Origin: Macrostomum lignano
Taxonomy: Eukaryota
Direction: 5' to 3'
Assembly: GCA_002269645.1 (NCBI GenBank)
Contig: NIVC01003536.1
Coordinates: 52,623-92,373 of the forward strand
Length of the DNA stretch: 39,751 bases
The position numbers and the translations under genes were made by a program. This document shows, piece by piece, positions 24,171 to 36,061 of this stretch (its first letter is position 1; every line of letters begins with the position of its first letter). The notes under the pieces are model-generated. The model worked only from the letters and a program-made list of their open reading frames with translations. It was not told the origin of the DNA and did no database searches.

Positions 24171-26959
24171 TCATACTAGAATAAGAACAAGAAGATAAAA
24201 ATTTGATAGAAAATTTCCTCTACAATATAAAACTGACACAAAATTGAGTTTTATATTTAACAAGACAAATATGACCCTAGTGGAAACTCAGGCACAGCAC
24301 ACTGCCAAGCACACCTGGCACCGTCAGATGAAATAAGAGAAATATAAATAATAAGACGGGAATGAATCCACTTGAGTACTCAGCAGCTGCTCAGCGGAAA
24401 CGCGCAAGATGCAGCATCCTGGAAGCTGCTCTCCTAGCAAGGTAAATATGCTTTGCCGCAGATACCACCCCCTCCCCCGGCCCCAAGGTTTGAACACAGC
24501 GCGTGCACGCGAATGCGCGGCTAAGAAGATAGAAGAAGCCAAGCCAATTTCCCTCAGGCCGAAATCCATATACTAAAAATGGTCTGTCGGTATGTGTGTG
24601 TGTGTATCCCTCAGGCCGAAATGTGGGCCTAAATATCTACTAGTTGGCATTTGCCGACTTTGATTCACACACGATTCTGGCTTTGACAGCGGAGTCTTTA
24701 TTTAATTAATTTTCGTCCACCCAGCAACTGCAACTGCAACTGGCAGAAGCATTAATTATCGGGGCGCATTAAAGTTGCAAATACAGATTTCGGATTGGCA
24801 ATTCCATTAGAAAGCTGCCAAATAAATAATTCAATATTGTACACCAGAGCATCCCCAAGTTCGACTTGAAAACGGTACCCAGGCCAAGAAGCGTCCCAAG
24901 CATTTGCGTCGCCCCCGGGAGTCGCTGCAGGTAGCACAGGTACAAATAGGAAATAACTGACTCCTAGACGACTCTAAAACGACGAGGTTTCACAGTAAAA
25001 GTCGCCAAAGAGCCAATTTGAGGCGTTTTATTGCCTGCGACTTTGGGGCGCAGAGTCGTGTTTGAGACATGCTAGAGTCGTTTGTAGAATCACCGTCGAC
25101 TCTTGGACTCTTGGGACTCTCACGTGATGCGCTCGTGACTCAAACAGTCGCCTCTCCGTCGCATCAGAGTCGTTTGAGTCGTCAAAAAGCTACAAGAGTC
25201 GCAAGAGTCACTAGTGAGTGGCTTGCAATGACTCTTTAACGATTCTGGCTTTGACTTGCGCTCAACTAACAATTGCATTAGTTTTCGTGCTGGCAACATA
25301 CTACTGCTACAAATGAGTAGTGCGGTGCAAGTGTAGACGGAGCAAATTTTATCAAATTTATCGAGAGAACAGAGGATGCGTATAAAAAGGCAACAGATTG
25401 CACAAAGCGGACGGTTAGCTCCGGGAAATTGACACGGAAAATACGGGACAGGCACAGAAGAGACAAGCAGGAGAGCTGTCAAGTCACCTGACAGCTGCAT
25501 GCTATTGTTGTTATTATTAGTGCAGACAGTGGCGTCAAACTTGACAGTTGGCCAGCAATTTTGTTCGGCCATGTGTTAAATAATTTAAGATGAAATAACT
25601 GAGCAGGAATGCTACTCAAATTCCGCAGCAGCAATTTATTTTCTATATGCAGTCATATACGAACGTGACTCAACGATAAGCAATCAGTTTCTTTACTGCC
25701 CTGCCTCATCAAGCTGTTTTATACTAGCTTGGGTTAGAAGTCCAGTTTTTTTTTAGAGAAAGAATCTGCCAATCCAATCCAGCGGACCTGAAGCCGAGCG
25801 GCTTTCTGATTCTCTCGCGAAATCGCCTGGCATGCGTGACTTAATACTAAAAGCGAGGCCAAGGTAAAAAGCCGTCAGCCAAACCCCCCATCCCCAGCTC
25901 TGGCTGCCCCGCTTACCGAATAAAAACTGGGAAAACGAAAGCTTTTCGTTCATTTTCCTCCCCGCCCTGTCTTTCTGTCCTCCGGACACGGTCTGATCTG
26001 CTTGTATCCTTAGGAGTCAGGACAGTCGGGCCTGTCTGTCTGTCCCCGCTCACGCACGCCAAGCTGAGCTGATGGCATTGTCACCGGCTATAAAACACAC
26101 ACACACAAGGGATTTAATGCTAGTCAGTAGCATTGAGGCTAATTTAAAATAGCATCAATTTCCGAGTGTGTAAGTGTGTGTGTGTGTGTTTAGTTCCAAT
26201 CAATTAAATAAGAAAAGAGAAAAACTGCTTCAGCCAGTGCGGGAACTGAGCCGCAATTTCTAAGACATGCCGACCCCAATGGCCGACCCCTACACGCCCG
26301 GTCTACACAATTAGCTGCCGGCGCGGCGGCATCTCATTTGCATAATTAATGCAAAGCCGAAGAGGGCGATAGCGGCCAAATTCCCATCCGATTCCAGTCG
26401 CGCAGGGGAATCGACTTTATACATCTGGCATGATGCGCCCCCCACCCCCACTGCCGAGTCTCCCGCTGGGAGAAAAAGCGCACCAACCAAATTCCCAGAT
26501 TGGACAATCCATTCTGTCTGACTGTCTGACCCTCTCTGCATCTCCCTTTGGTAAGCCTGAGACCCCGACTCCGGGTGCAGTATTCACCGATTTATCTGGC
26601 GGAATCTGGCGTATTAATCATCGCGGCCGGTTGCTCACGGGGGTTGAGAATTTCGTGCGGCTAGGGATGATTGGAGATTAGCTGAATTCATCCCATCCGC
26701 ATGGGTGCATACGTGTCTTAGAAATATTGTTTGGGGACAGTGAGTCATTTGATTGTTAATTTATGGCCCCAGCCAGGTGGCTAATTACCTGACAATAATG
26801 ATACTCAATTATGGCCAGATCAGGTAGGTAGTCAATGACCCAGCACAGCTACCCATGATAATGTATGAATGACTGACTGGATTAACTAGGAGCTCAATTA
26901 TGCGGCACAACTGCCAGTGCCAATCATGAGGAGACAATGATGGGATCAGGTTGAGAATG

Positions 26960-27590
26960 ATGACTAGATAAAGTGGTCAATGACTAGATCAAAGTGGTCA
27001 ACGATTAGATCAGAGTGATCAATGACTAGATCAAATGGTCAACGACTAGATCAAAGTGGTCAATGACTAGATCAAAGTGGTCAATGACTAGATCAAAGTG
27101 GTCAATGACTAGATCAAAGTGGTTAATGACTATACCAGAGTGGTCAATGACTATATCAAAGTGGTTAATGACTATACCAGAGTGGTCAATGACTATACCA
27201 GAGTGGTCAATGACTATACCAGAGTGGTCAATGACTAGATCAAAGTGGTTAATGACTATACCAGAGTGGTCAATGACTATACCAGAGTGGTCAATGACTA
27301 TACCAGAGTGGTCAATGACTATACCAGAGTGGTTAATGACTAGATCAAAGTGGTCAATGACTATACCAGAGTGGTCAATGACTATACCAGAGTGGTCAAT
27401 GACTATACCAGAGTGGTCAATGACTATACCAGAGTGGTTAATGACTAGATCAGAGTGGTCAATGACTAGATCAAAGTGGTCAATGGCTAGATCAAAGTGG
27501 TTAATGACTAGATCAGAGTGGTCAATGACTAGACCAGAGTGGTCAATAACTAGACCAGAGTGGTCAATGGCTAGATCAGAGTGGTCAAAG
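26960..27590. repeat. 21-bp minisatellite next to the RBMS E3 donor
   Basis: Unit AGTGGTCAATGACTATACCAG / ...AGATCAA with period 21. Confidence 0.95.
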
Positions 27591-27643
27591 ACTCTCTGCA
27601 CTTACCAACAGCAACAATACACAGAGCTTTATAATGAACTCAC

Positions 27644-27886
27644 CGTGGGCTCAACATAGCTGCCATACAGGACAGCCTTCGGCGGCACACCTGGATGGAA
27701 CTGGCCGCGGCCTCCGGCTTGATCGCCAGAAGCGGCCAAGTCATGCTGATGCTGCGGCGGCGGTGGCTGCGGCTGCTGCTGCTGCGGTTGGATAACAATC
27801 ATGTCTGACGGATGTTGAGAATGCTGCACCTGTTGCTGATGCTGTTTGATGTAACCGCCGCCGGGGCCTCTTACTCCGGAGACGAA
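27644..27886 (-). CDS. RBMS: RBMS-family protein exon E3 (Q/P-rich N-terminal region)
   Basis: Acceptor CTCACCAG|TTC and donor ACG|GTGAGT. 81 open codons, phase 0-0, in frame with E2 and E4. Confidence 0.7.
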
Positions 27887-28812
27887 CTGGTGAGATTATA
27901 AAGATGGTGCATAGATGCTGCTACTCAAATTGCATTGATAAAGAAATCCCATGCCGTTTGTGTAAGCACACGGGATTCTAAACATTTCCTAATTAGGAGG
28001 AACAAAAACAAGCCAGTTCCCGGATAAGCCGACAGCTACAAGCCGGTCGATGACAGGCGCTCGCAAATCCCTTATTACCGAATATCCATTTAATATCTGG
28101 CATGGCAGCTGTAGCGGCAACCAGCATTCACTACTCAACTGTATAAGAAGTCAAAATTCCTGGCAAATTCGAAAATAGAAGGCACAGCGCAGCGTGTTTG
28201 CTCAAACAGGGCTCGCTAGAGAGAGAGAGGGGGGGCGGCAGCCCAAGACTGCCCGTTCCCCTTTTTTCATTATAGCAAGCAAATAGAACCGCTGCCAGGC
28301 CCATCTCTTCACTCGCCGACTTGCGCAAGAGAATTACTCGCGTAAGCTGCGGGTTTTTTTAAATCTTAGAAAACTGGGGGAAGAGAGAGAGAGGGGAGCA
28401 GTGCTCAGGCAGATATTTATTGAATGAGCTCGGGCTCGCACTACCCAGAGAGGAGATTGCAGCAGGGGGGGGGGACCGAGTGGAGCCAGCAGAAGCGGTC
28501 CAATTCCACCCCAGGGATTCGCAATAGAGGCGGCTGGCAATACAATAAATCAACAAAGACCCGGGAGGCTGCATCCCTGCCAGCTAGCAAAAAAGTGCAG
28601 CAGCGGCCCAGGCCTCAACAGGGCCAGCAACCAGCCTCGCCTGTCTCCAGGGCTGAGGGAGATTGGGGAGGAAGACAGGGAGAATGAGAAATGAGCGAGT
28701 GGTAAAGTGAGCAGTCGGTTGCAGCAGCATGGTAGGCATGTGAAGAGACCTCCCAAAACTTCTGCCCCGAGCCTCCCCTTCCCCTAGTCCGATTTTGGGG
28801 TTTGGCAATAAG

Positions 28813-28933
<121 letters not shown>

Positions 28934-29888
28934 AGTGCGTAGTAGACCGTTAGCCGCTGCAAATGGCTGGCCGATGGGCAACAAGAGGAGCGGCAGAGAG
29001 GCGGCGGAGCCGGATGGGCGGGGCAGTAAGAAGACGCGAGCACTCAAATAATGAAAGCAGAGGAGGGCTCGAATGCTCACTGAGGATTATAGATGGAGAT
29101 AAAGTTCATTGAGCAACAGGCGCCTCGCTTGTAGTTTACAAATATCCTACTACCGGTAAGAAGCAACTTGGAGAACATTAGCCTTTAAAAAGAATAAATT
29201 ATACTAACGCGGTCGGGGGTACTCGCCCAGTCTCTCCCTCTCTCTCTCAGCTTATTCTGCAGAATAAAATCGATAAGCAATTCGAGGGCTTCTAGGAGAG
29301 AGCGCGAGAGAGGAAGAGAAAAAAACTGGCACAGAAGGCCGCGGGGCACGAGAGAATCTTGAAGAGAGAAAAAAATGATGAGGCGAAATCGGATCCGGGA
29401 ACTGCGGCATGCTCAAGCCGAACAAGCGAAGAGCACGTGGCTCCACTCCGAGTCTCCGAAACGGACAAGGACTTATACAATATAAAGAATCGACTGCGAC
29501 AGGAAAAGCGAGGCTGTCCCGCAGCAACTCTCCCCCCTCCTCCTTCTCCAATGCGACCCCCCCCACTTCCCAAGGCTGCATGACCTCATCTCTGCGGGGT
29601 GAGCAATGCTGCTGGCTAAAAATACACGCATGGTGAGTAGTTAGCCAGCTAAAGCTGGGAAGCTTGACTCACACAGCGGGCTATTTAGAGTTACTGAAAT
29701 GCATTCACCTCAAGCTGCTGGGACATTTATAACACATTCAAATATATATGGACCACATCAGAATGGTCTGTTTAGAACATTCATAAAGCTAAACCAATGT
29801 GAACTTAAGGGTGTATTTATGGAATATATAATATTAATAGTCTAAGAAAGGCTGCGGGTGTGGCCTTATGTTATGTGGTGATGATTAT

Positions 29889-29966
29889 GTGGCCCCGCAT
29901 GGATTCGAACCAGGGATCATGGCGCTGAGCTGCTCCGCCCACTGCCTTAATGGCTTGCCGCAAACC
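29889..29966 (-). pseudogene. tRNA-like remnant or tRNA-derived SINE head
   Basis: On -, a degenerate D-arm (GCCATTAAGGC), a perfect B-box GGTTCGAATCC and a GC-rich 3' acceptor strand. The acceptor and anticodon stems do not pair cleanly. Confidence 0.45.
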
Positions 29967-31786
29967 GAATCCCCTGCGTACTTACTAACCACGACCAAGA
30001 CTGCTTAACTCAGCTATATAACGTAACTGCATAAACAATTATTTAATAAACTATACAAACTTACGCTCTAGTGTTGAAATGCTCGAGCAGCAGACTCTGA
30101 TGACGTAGAGAGAGAGACAGAGAGAAAGGGACACAGGCGGGCAGACTGAGCAGTTTTACCGAAGGATTTCCCCCGGCTGCTGTTGAGAGGTTTTGATAAT
30201 CTCTTATTTCGATACTTTCCAAGGCAGCTCTCTTTTCGAGTTGGGAGTGTCCCAATTCTGGTGGGCCAGAGGACAGGCAGGAGAGAGTACCGGAGCGGGC
30301 AAGGCCGGGATGAGAAGACACGAGGCACACTCCCGGCGGTTGGAGAGACGGCGAAATTCGGGCGGGCAAGGCGGCGAAGGGGAAGACTTTGTGGCACTTG
30401 GGATTTGCTCTAGAATAAGGGAGGAGAAGAAGGGAGAGGGAGAGACCGGGCGCGGCAGGGAGGGCCTCCTAAAGGGGGGGGGGCGAATGAGGGAAAGGGT
30501 GTGTGTGTGTGTAGCCGGTGCAGAGGCGGTGACTGAGCCAGTGTTGGGAGCCGACCCTGGACTGGCCGGACAGACAGACAGGGGGATGCCGGGGTGGCCG
30601 CTGGCTTGAACGGAGGGGGCTGCGGCGGGCAGGCGCATTCAGCGACAAATGAGCTGCGACTGCGCTGGTGTCCCGGACAGGCGAAACTGCAGGATGGGCA
30701 GGAGGCAGGGAAGGGGATGGGGGGCAGACGGAGGGAAGTACGAGCAGGCGGGCGGGAGATAGTGGGGAGGCAGGGAGTGCGGGCCTCTAGTGGCAGCGGA
30801 TAGGCAGGCTGACGGACTGACACCCGCTGACCAACACTGCCTGCTGCATTGCGGCAAGCGCACACGGCAGATGCGAGCCACACAACTGAATCAGAAACTA
30901 CTTGCTTTGCAAATGTGCTTTTCAAAACTCAACGCTCCAGTTTTGAACATCTTATTTAGCAATCTCGAGCCTTAAATTTTAAGCTTAGACAATGCTTGAA
31001 TATGTTTGATCGGCGCCTCAGCAGCCAGAATTCGCGGGCTCCTAGTCAATCTCGTATCGAGCTGTGCTGAGGTGCGAACGGAGCCAGGTGGGTCTTGAAG
31101 TCATCTCTCAGTCTCTCCAGCCCTCGCCCCCTCACCCAGGCAGTCGAATTTAAGTAGGCCCTTCACGCAGTTCATTCAACTCCCAAATCGTTTTTAAAGT
31201 TCACCGCCGCTTGCTCTACTCATGGGACGAGGCAAAAAATGAGTGGGAGAAACCGCCAGCTGACAAGTCGAATGATGACGCAATCAATTTTAATTCTGAA
31301 GAGTCTGCGAGCTTTTGGCTGATTGCTTTAGGCATTCATTGAATCGTTTTTTTCTCTCACATCTGAGCTTGAGCTGGCCGCTAAAAAGCTCGAAAATATG
31401 CTGGGCTCGCTGCAGGCGGCTCAGCTTGCAGATGAAAGGCAAATACGCGGCGGCACTCAGGAGGAAGGCAGCTGCTCTCAGTTTATTCGGCCTTATCTGG
31501 CATTCTCTCACAGGAGCTGCTCTCAAGAAACCGCCTTAAGGCCCGGTTTCCAACAAACTCGACTCGCCACTGCACAGTTTTTGACTCCTTCTCTGTCTGC
31601 TTCTCCTGTGCCTTCTGTGTACGTCTGACCGAGCAGTTCGCTTTGTCTGTCCGCCCACCTGTCTGCCTGTCTGTCAGTCTGTCTTAGACTCCTAGTGTCT
31701 GTCTTAGTGTCCTACAGTAGTGTCTAAGTGTCCTAGTGTCTGTTTCACAGTGTCTCACACCATACAGTGGTGTCTGTCTGCTTTAA

Positions 31787-33428
31787 CAGTAGAAAGACCA
31801 CGCTTTTTTTCCTCATGGGGAAAGACCACGGGGGTGTATTACAAATACACACGACCCACTTCACGATAGCTCGCAAACCGAATTACCGATCTTCGTAAAA
31901 GTCATCACCGTCTGGAGCATCGGCGGCGATCGTCGGGACCTTCAACAAAAGCACCCGATCGGCGTCTCACAGACGGGCCCGTCTTGGGGCAGTAGGACAC
32001 ACACGGAGCTCCTTAGAAAACCGGAATTCGCTCGTGTGTGGAGCCATGCTTTGAGTTGAATTCTTGAGATCGGCTGGCAGGCCACCACGAGTGTGCATCG
32101 CTGTTCCAAGAAACGTGAATCCCATTTCTCGATACAAGTGATTGGCCAGCGCAGGACTCGAGAAGAATCTGTCACATGTGATGCTGTACCAGTGTCCTCT
32201 GAATGGATCAGCCAAGCGGCAAACAACTTGCTCACCATTCCACACTTCTGAGCCCTTGGCCAGCCGAGCATCGGAGTCCTGTGATGCAAAAGTAGTGGAC
32301 AGCATTGTTCCTTTGCCAGTGCAGATTTCCGCATTGAACACATAGCGGATGTCCATGTCATCCTGAATCTCTGGATTCCCAGCCGATGTCAGCAGGAACA
32401 GCTTGGCACCATTGCGACGGGCTTCTCCTTCAGAAGTCACAGTCACAGTCACAGTCCACACCCCAGTAGACAACCAGAGTTTCCTCGACGCAGAGGTAGG
32501 CGTCGTAGGACAGCAGGACAGCATAGGACAGCATGGCGCAGCTGACTGACAAAGGTGTCGGATGCCGTAGAGCTTGTCCGTTGTGGCAGTCCGCTGACGA
32601 TTTTCGGCAGTTTCCAATTTACCATGGTGCAAAAGCATTGTATAATATGCAAACATGCCTGGTCTGGTGTCTTGATAGAAAAAATCACGATGTTGGCTGT
32701 GTCAGCTCGTCGGGGCCGCGTGGTGGCACTCCGTTGAAGGTCCCGAAGGTCGTCCAGACAGAGCTGAATGCTGAACATGGTGCAGGACCATTGTATAATA
32801 TGCAGACATGCCTGGTCTGGTGCCTTGATAGAAAAATCACGATGTTGGGGGTGACAGCTCGTCGGGGCCGCGTGGTGGCACTCCATTGAAGGTCCCGAAG
32901 GTCGCCTGTATGTCTACATGTCAGCCTAGAGGGTCGCCATCGTCCAATTTCATTCACCGATTGTGTCTACTGACTGAATGCTGCATGCAGAAGAGGATTC
33001 TTCCATTTCAGTTTTGGGAACGCAGCCGTCTGTTAGACGCCGATCGGGTGCTTTTGTTGAAGGTCCCGACGGTCGCCGCCGATGCTCCAGACGGTGATGA
33101 AGGGGACCCTGGTGCCTGGGATGCTGAGAACAAAGGCCTTTACGACTAATATGCATAGTTTGTTGAGCCGACGTGGTTTCATGATGAGATTTTGTGAGCA
33201 GAAAAAAATTGCCAATGTTGGTGGTTTTTGCCACCAGACACCCGAGGAGAATCGTTGAATATCTCGACGATGCCGATTTTACGTGATTCTCGAAGTTGCT
33301 TCATCGAATCGAGCGGAAAATTGTAGCCCGTGTTCTGGATTTTCATGGCAATTGGCTGAATATTTTTGGAGATCCAGACAAAGGAAAAATGTGTGTATTT
33401 GAAATAGACTCCCATGGTCTTTCTACTT
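31787..33428 (-). mobile_element. Internally deleted, rearranged piggyBac-superfamily element
   Basis: TTAA on both sides (31783-31786 and 33429-33432). TIRs CAGTAGAAAGACCA / AAGTAGAAAGACCA continue into a shared GG.GT.TATT.CAAATACACAC motif. It encloses piggyBac transposase remnants. Confidence 0.85.
31967..32656 (-). pseudogene. piggyBac (DDE_Tnp_1_7 / PGBD-like) transposase fragment
   Basis: Motifs TDKLYGIRHL, NGAKLFLL, YVFNAEICTGK and SITCDRFFSSPALA...FLGT (the DNFFTS..L catalytic motif). The first catalytic segment is in another frame (LCVEETLVVYWG). The C-terminal third is missing. Confidence 0.8.
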
Positions 33429-33433
33429 TTAAT

Positions 33434-33958
33434 GTCTACGTGTCTGTATGTCTACCTACCTATCAACCTACGTGTCTGTATGTCTACCTACCTACGGGTC
33501 TGTATGTCTACCTACCTACGTGTCTGTATGTCTACCTACCTACGTGTCTGTATGTCTACCTACCTACGGGTTTGTATGTCTACCTATCTATTAACCTACG
33601 TGTCTGTATGTCTACCTACCTACGTGTCTGTATTTCTACCTACCTACGTGTCTGTATGTCTACCTACCTACGGTCTGTAGGTCTACCTACCTACGGGTCT
33701 GTATGCCTATCTACGTACGTGTTTGCAATGCCTACAGACTTTGCAGTTTGCAATGCCTAACCTACCTTCCTACCTACCTTCCTACATACCTATCTTCATA
33801 CCTACGAGTACCTTACCTCACTATCTCTCTACCTACGCTCGTACCTCCCTACCTATCTGTCTCCCTATCTTCCTACCATTCTGTCTCCCTATCTTCCTAC
33901 CATTCTGTCTCCCTATCTTCCTACCATTCTGTCTCCCTATCTTCCTACCATTCTGTCT
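33434..33958. repeat. 24-bp (TGTCTGTATGTCTACCTACCTACG) and 25-bp CTAC-rich minisatellites
   Basis: Direct inspection; they start immediately after the piggyBac TTAA. Confidence 0.9.
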
Positions 33959-34446
33959 CAAGCATTCTCCCCATCAAACTGAAGCGGCAAATATACTACT
34001 TTAAAAAATCCAATGCAGAAGCCAGTCTAGCATTATTTCCAACGCATCAGAGCCCCTGCCAGCTATTAAACAGCAGAATATAAAAAATTAAAAACTGCTC
34101 GCAATAAAAAAGCAGCAGACGCAAAGAAAAACTTGCATAATTTGTACAGAAGCGCAAAGCCGTGCGTAAAGAGTTGTAGAGAATTAGCTGAGCTTATTAT
34201 TATTTTGGCTGTCCGGTGCTCTGGTGGAGAGGTAATTAAAAAATAGCAAAGCCAATTGTGCAATTCTGCGGGCGGGACTGACCTGCAGAGCCGGACATTA
34301 CACCCGGCTTCAATTGCGACTGGACTGAATTCATTAAATCCACTGTAATACGAAATAAAACTCTACTTAAATATCGCATGGATTCCGCCCGTACTGGCAT
34401 GGGGAGACGGGCAGGACCGGTGCGGGCCGCGGGACCGGAAATAAAA

Positions 34447-35830
34447 ATGGCATCAGGGGAGGAAGGAGAGAATTGGGAAATGGCATCAGGGGAGGAAGGA
34501 GAGAATTGGGAAATGGCATCAGGGGGTGAAAGGGAGAATTGGGAAATGGCATCAGGGGAGGAAAGGGAGAATTGGGAAATGGCATCAGGGGAGGAAAGGG
34601 AGAATTGGGAAATGGCATCAGGGGAGGAAAGCGAGAATTGGGAAATGGCATCAGGGGAGGAAGGAAAGGGAGAATTGGGAAATGGCATCAGGGGAGGAAA
34701 GGAGAATTGGGAAATGGCATCAGGGGAGAAAAGGGAGATTTGGGAAATGGCATCAGGGGAGGAAAGGGAGATTTGGGAAATGGCATCAGGGGAGGAAAGA
34801 GAGAATTGGGAAATGGCATCAGGGGAGGAAAGGGAGAATTGGGAATTGGCATCAGGGGAGGAAAGGGAGAATTGGGAATTGGCATCAGGGGAGGAAGGAA
34901 AGGGAGAATTGGGAAATGGCATCAGGGAGGAAAGAGAGAATTGGGAAATGGCATCAGGGGAGGAAAGGGAGAATTGGGAATTGGCATCAGGGGAGGAAGG
35001 AGAGAATTGGGAAATGGCATCAGGGGAGGAAAGGGAGAATTGGGAATTGGCATCAGGGGAGGAAAGGGAGAATTGGGAAATGGCATCAGGGGAGGAAGGA
35101 AAGGGAGAATTGGGAAATGGCATCAGGGGAGGAAAGGGAGAATTGGGAATTGGCATCAGGGGAGGAAAGGGAGAATTGGGAAATGGCATCAGGGGAGGAA
35201 GGAAAGGGAGAATTGGGAAATGGCATCAGGGGAGGAAAGGGAGAATTGGGAATTGGCATCAGGGGAGGAAGGAAAGGGAGAATTGGGAAATGGCATCAGG
35301 GGAGGAAAGGGAGAATTGGGAATTGGCATCAGGGGAGGAAGGAAAGGGAGAATTGGGAAATGGCATCAGGGGAGGAAAGGGAGAATTGGGAAATGGCATC
35401 AGAGGAGGAAAGGGAGAATTGGGAAATGGCATCAGGGGAGGAAAGGGAGAATTGGGAAATGGCATCAGGGGAGGAAAGGGAGAATTGGGAAATGGCATCA
35501 GGGGAGGAAAGAGAGAATTGGGAAATGGCATCAGGGGAGGAAAGGGAGAATTGGGAAATGGCATCAGGGGAGGAAAGGGAGAATTGGGAAATGGCATCAG
35601 GGGAGGAAAGGGAGAATTGGGAAATGGCATCAGGGGAGGAAAGAGAGATTTGGGAAATGGCATCAGGGGAGGAAAGAGAAAATTGGGAAATGGCATCAGG
35701 GGAGGAAAGGGAGAATTGGGAAATGGCATCAGGGGAGGAAAGGGAGAATTGGGAAATGGCATCAGGGGAGGAAAGGGAGAATTGGGAAATGGCATCAGGG
35801 AGGAAAGGGAGAATTGGGAAATGGCATCAG
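34447..35830. repeat. 33-bp purine-rich minisatellite (~42 units)
   Basis: Unit GGGAAATGGCATCAGGGGAGGAAAGGGAGAATT with period 33. Explains the 437-498 aa pseudo-ORFs. Confidence 0.97.
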
Positions 35831-35885
35831 TGGAGAAGTGGTGCCAAGTTAAGACCATTAAATGGGGATTTTAATGCAGGAGTAT

Positions 35886-36061
35886 CATACATGCGCAACC
35901 TTGGGAATCACTCAGCCGTTTCTATTGGCAACAAACACATGTAAGTCGCTATTGGCTGAGAGCAGTCACGTGACTACTATTCTGTCCAATAGCGACTTAC
36001 GTGTGTGTGTGTGTTGCCAATAGAAACGGCCGGGTGAATCTCTAGGTTGCGCCCAAGCATG
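35886..36061 (+). mobile_element. 176-bp hairpin MITE with 8-bp TSD (P- or hAT-type), family A copy 1
   Basis: TSD AGGAGTAT at 35878-35885 and 36062-36069. Ends CATACATGCGCAACC / GGTTGCGCCCAAGCATG. Internal long inverted repeat. Confidence 0.88.

Noticed and set aside
27026-27659. DHSGIVI and MTIPEWS repeat ORFs
   Set aside because: They are translations of the 21-bp intronic minisatellite.
34236-35944. Several 200-500 aa ORFs on both strands
   Set aside because: All are translations of the 33-bp minisatellite, whose unit is a multiple of 3 and stop-free.
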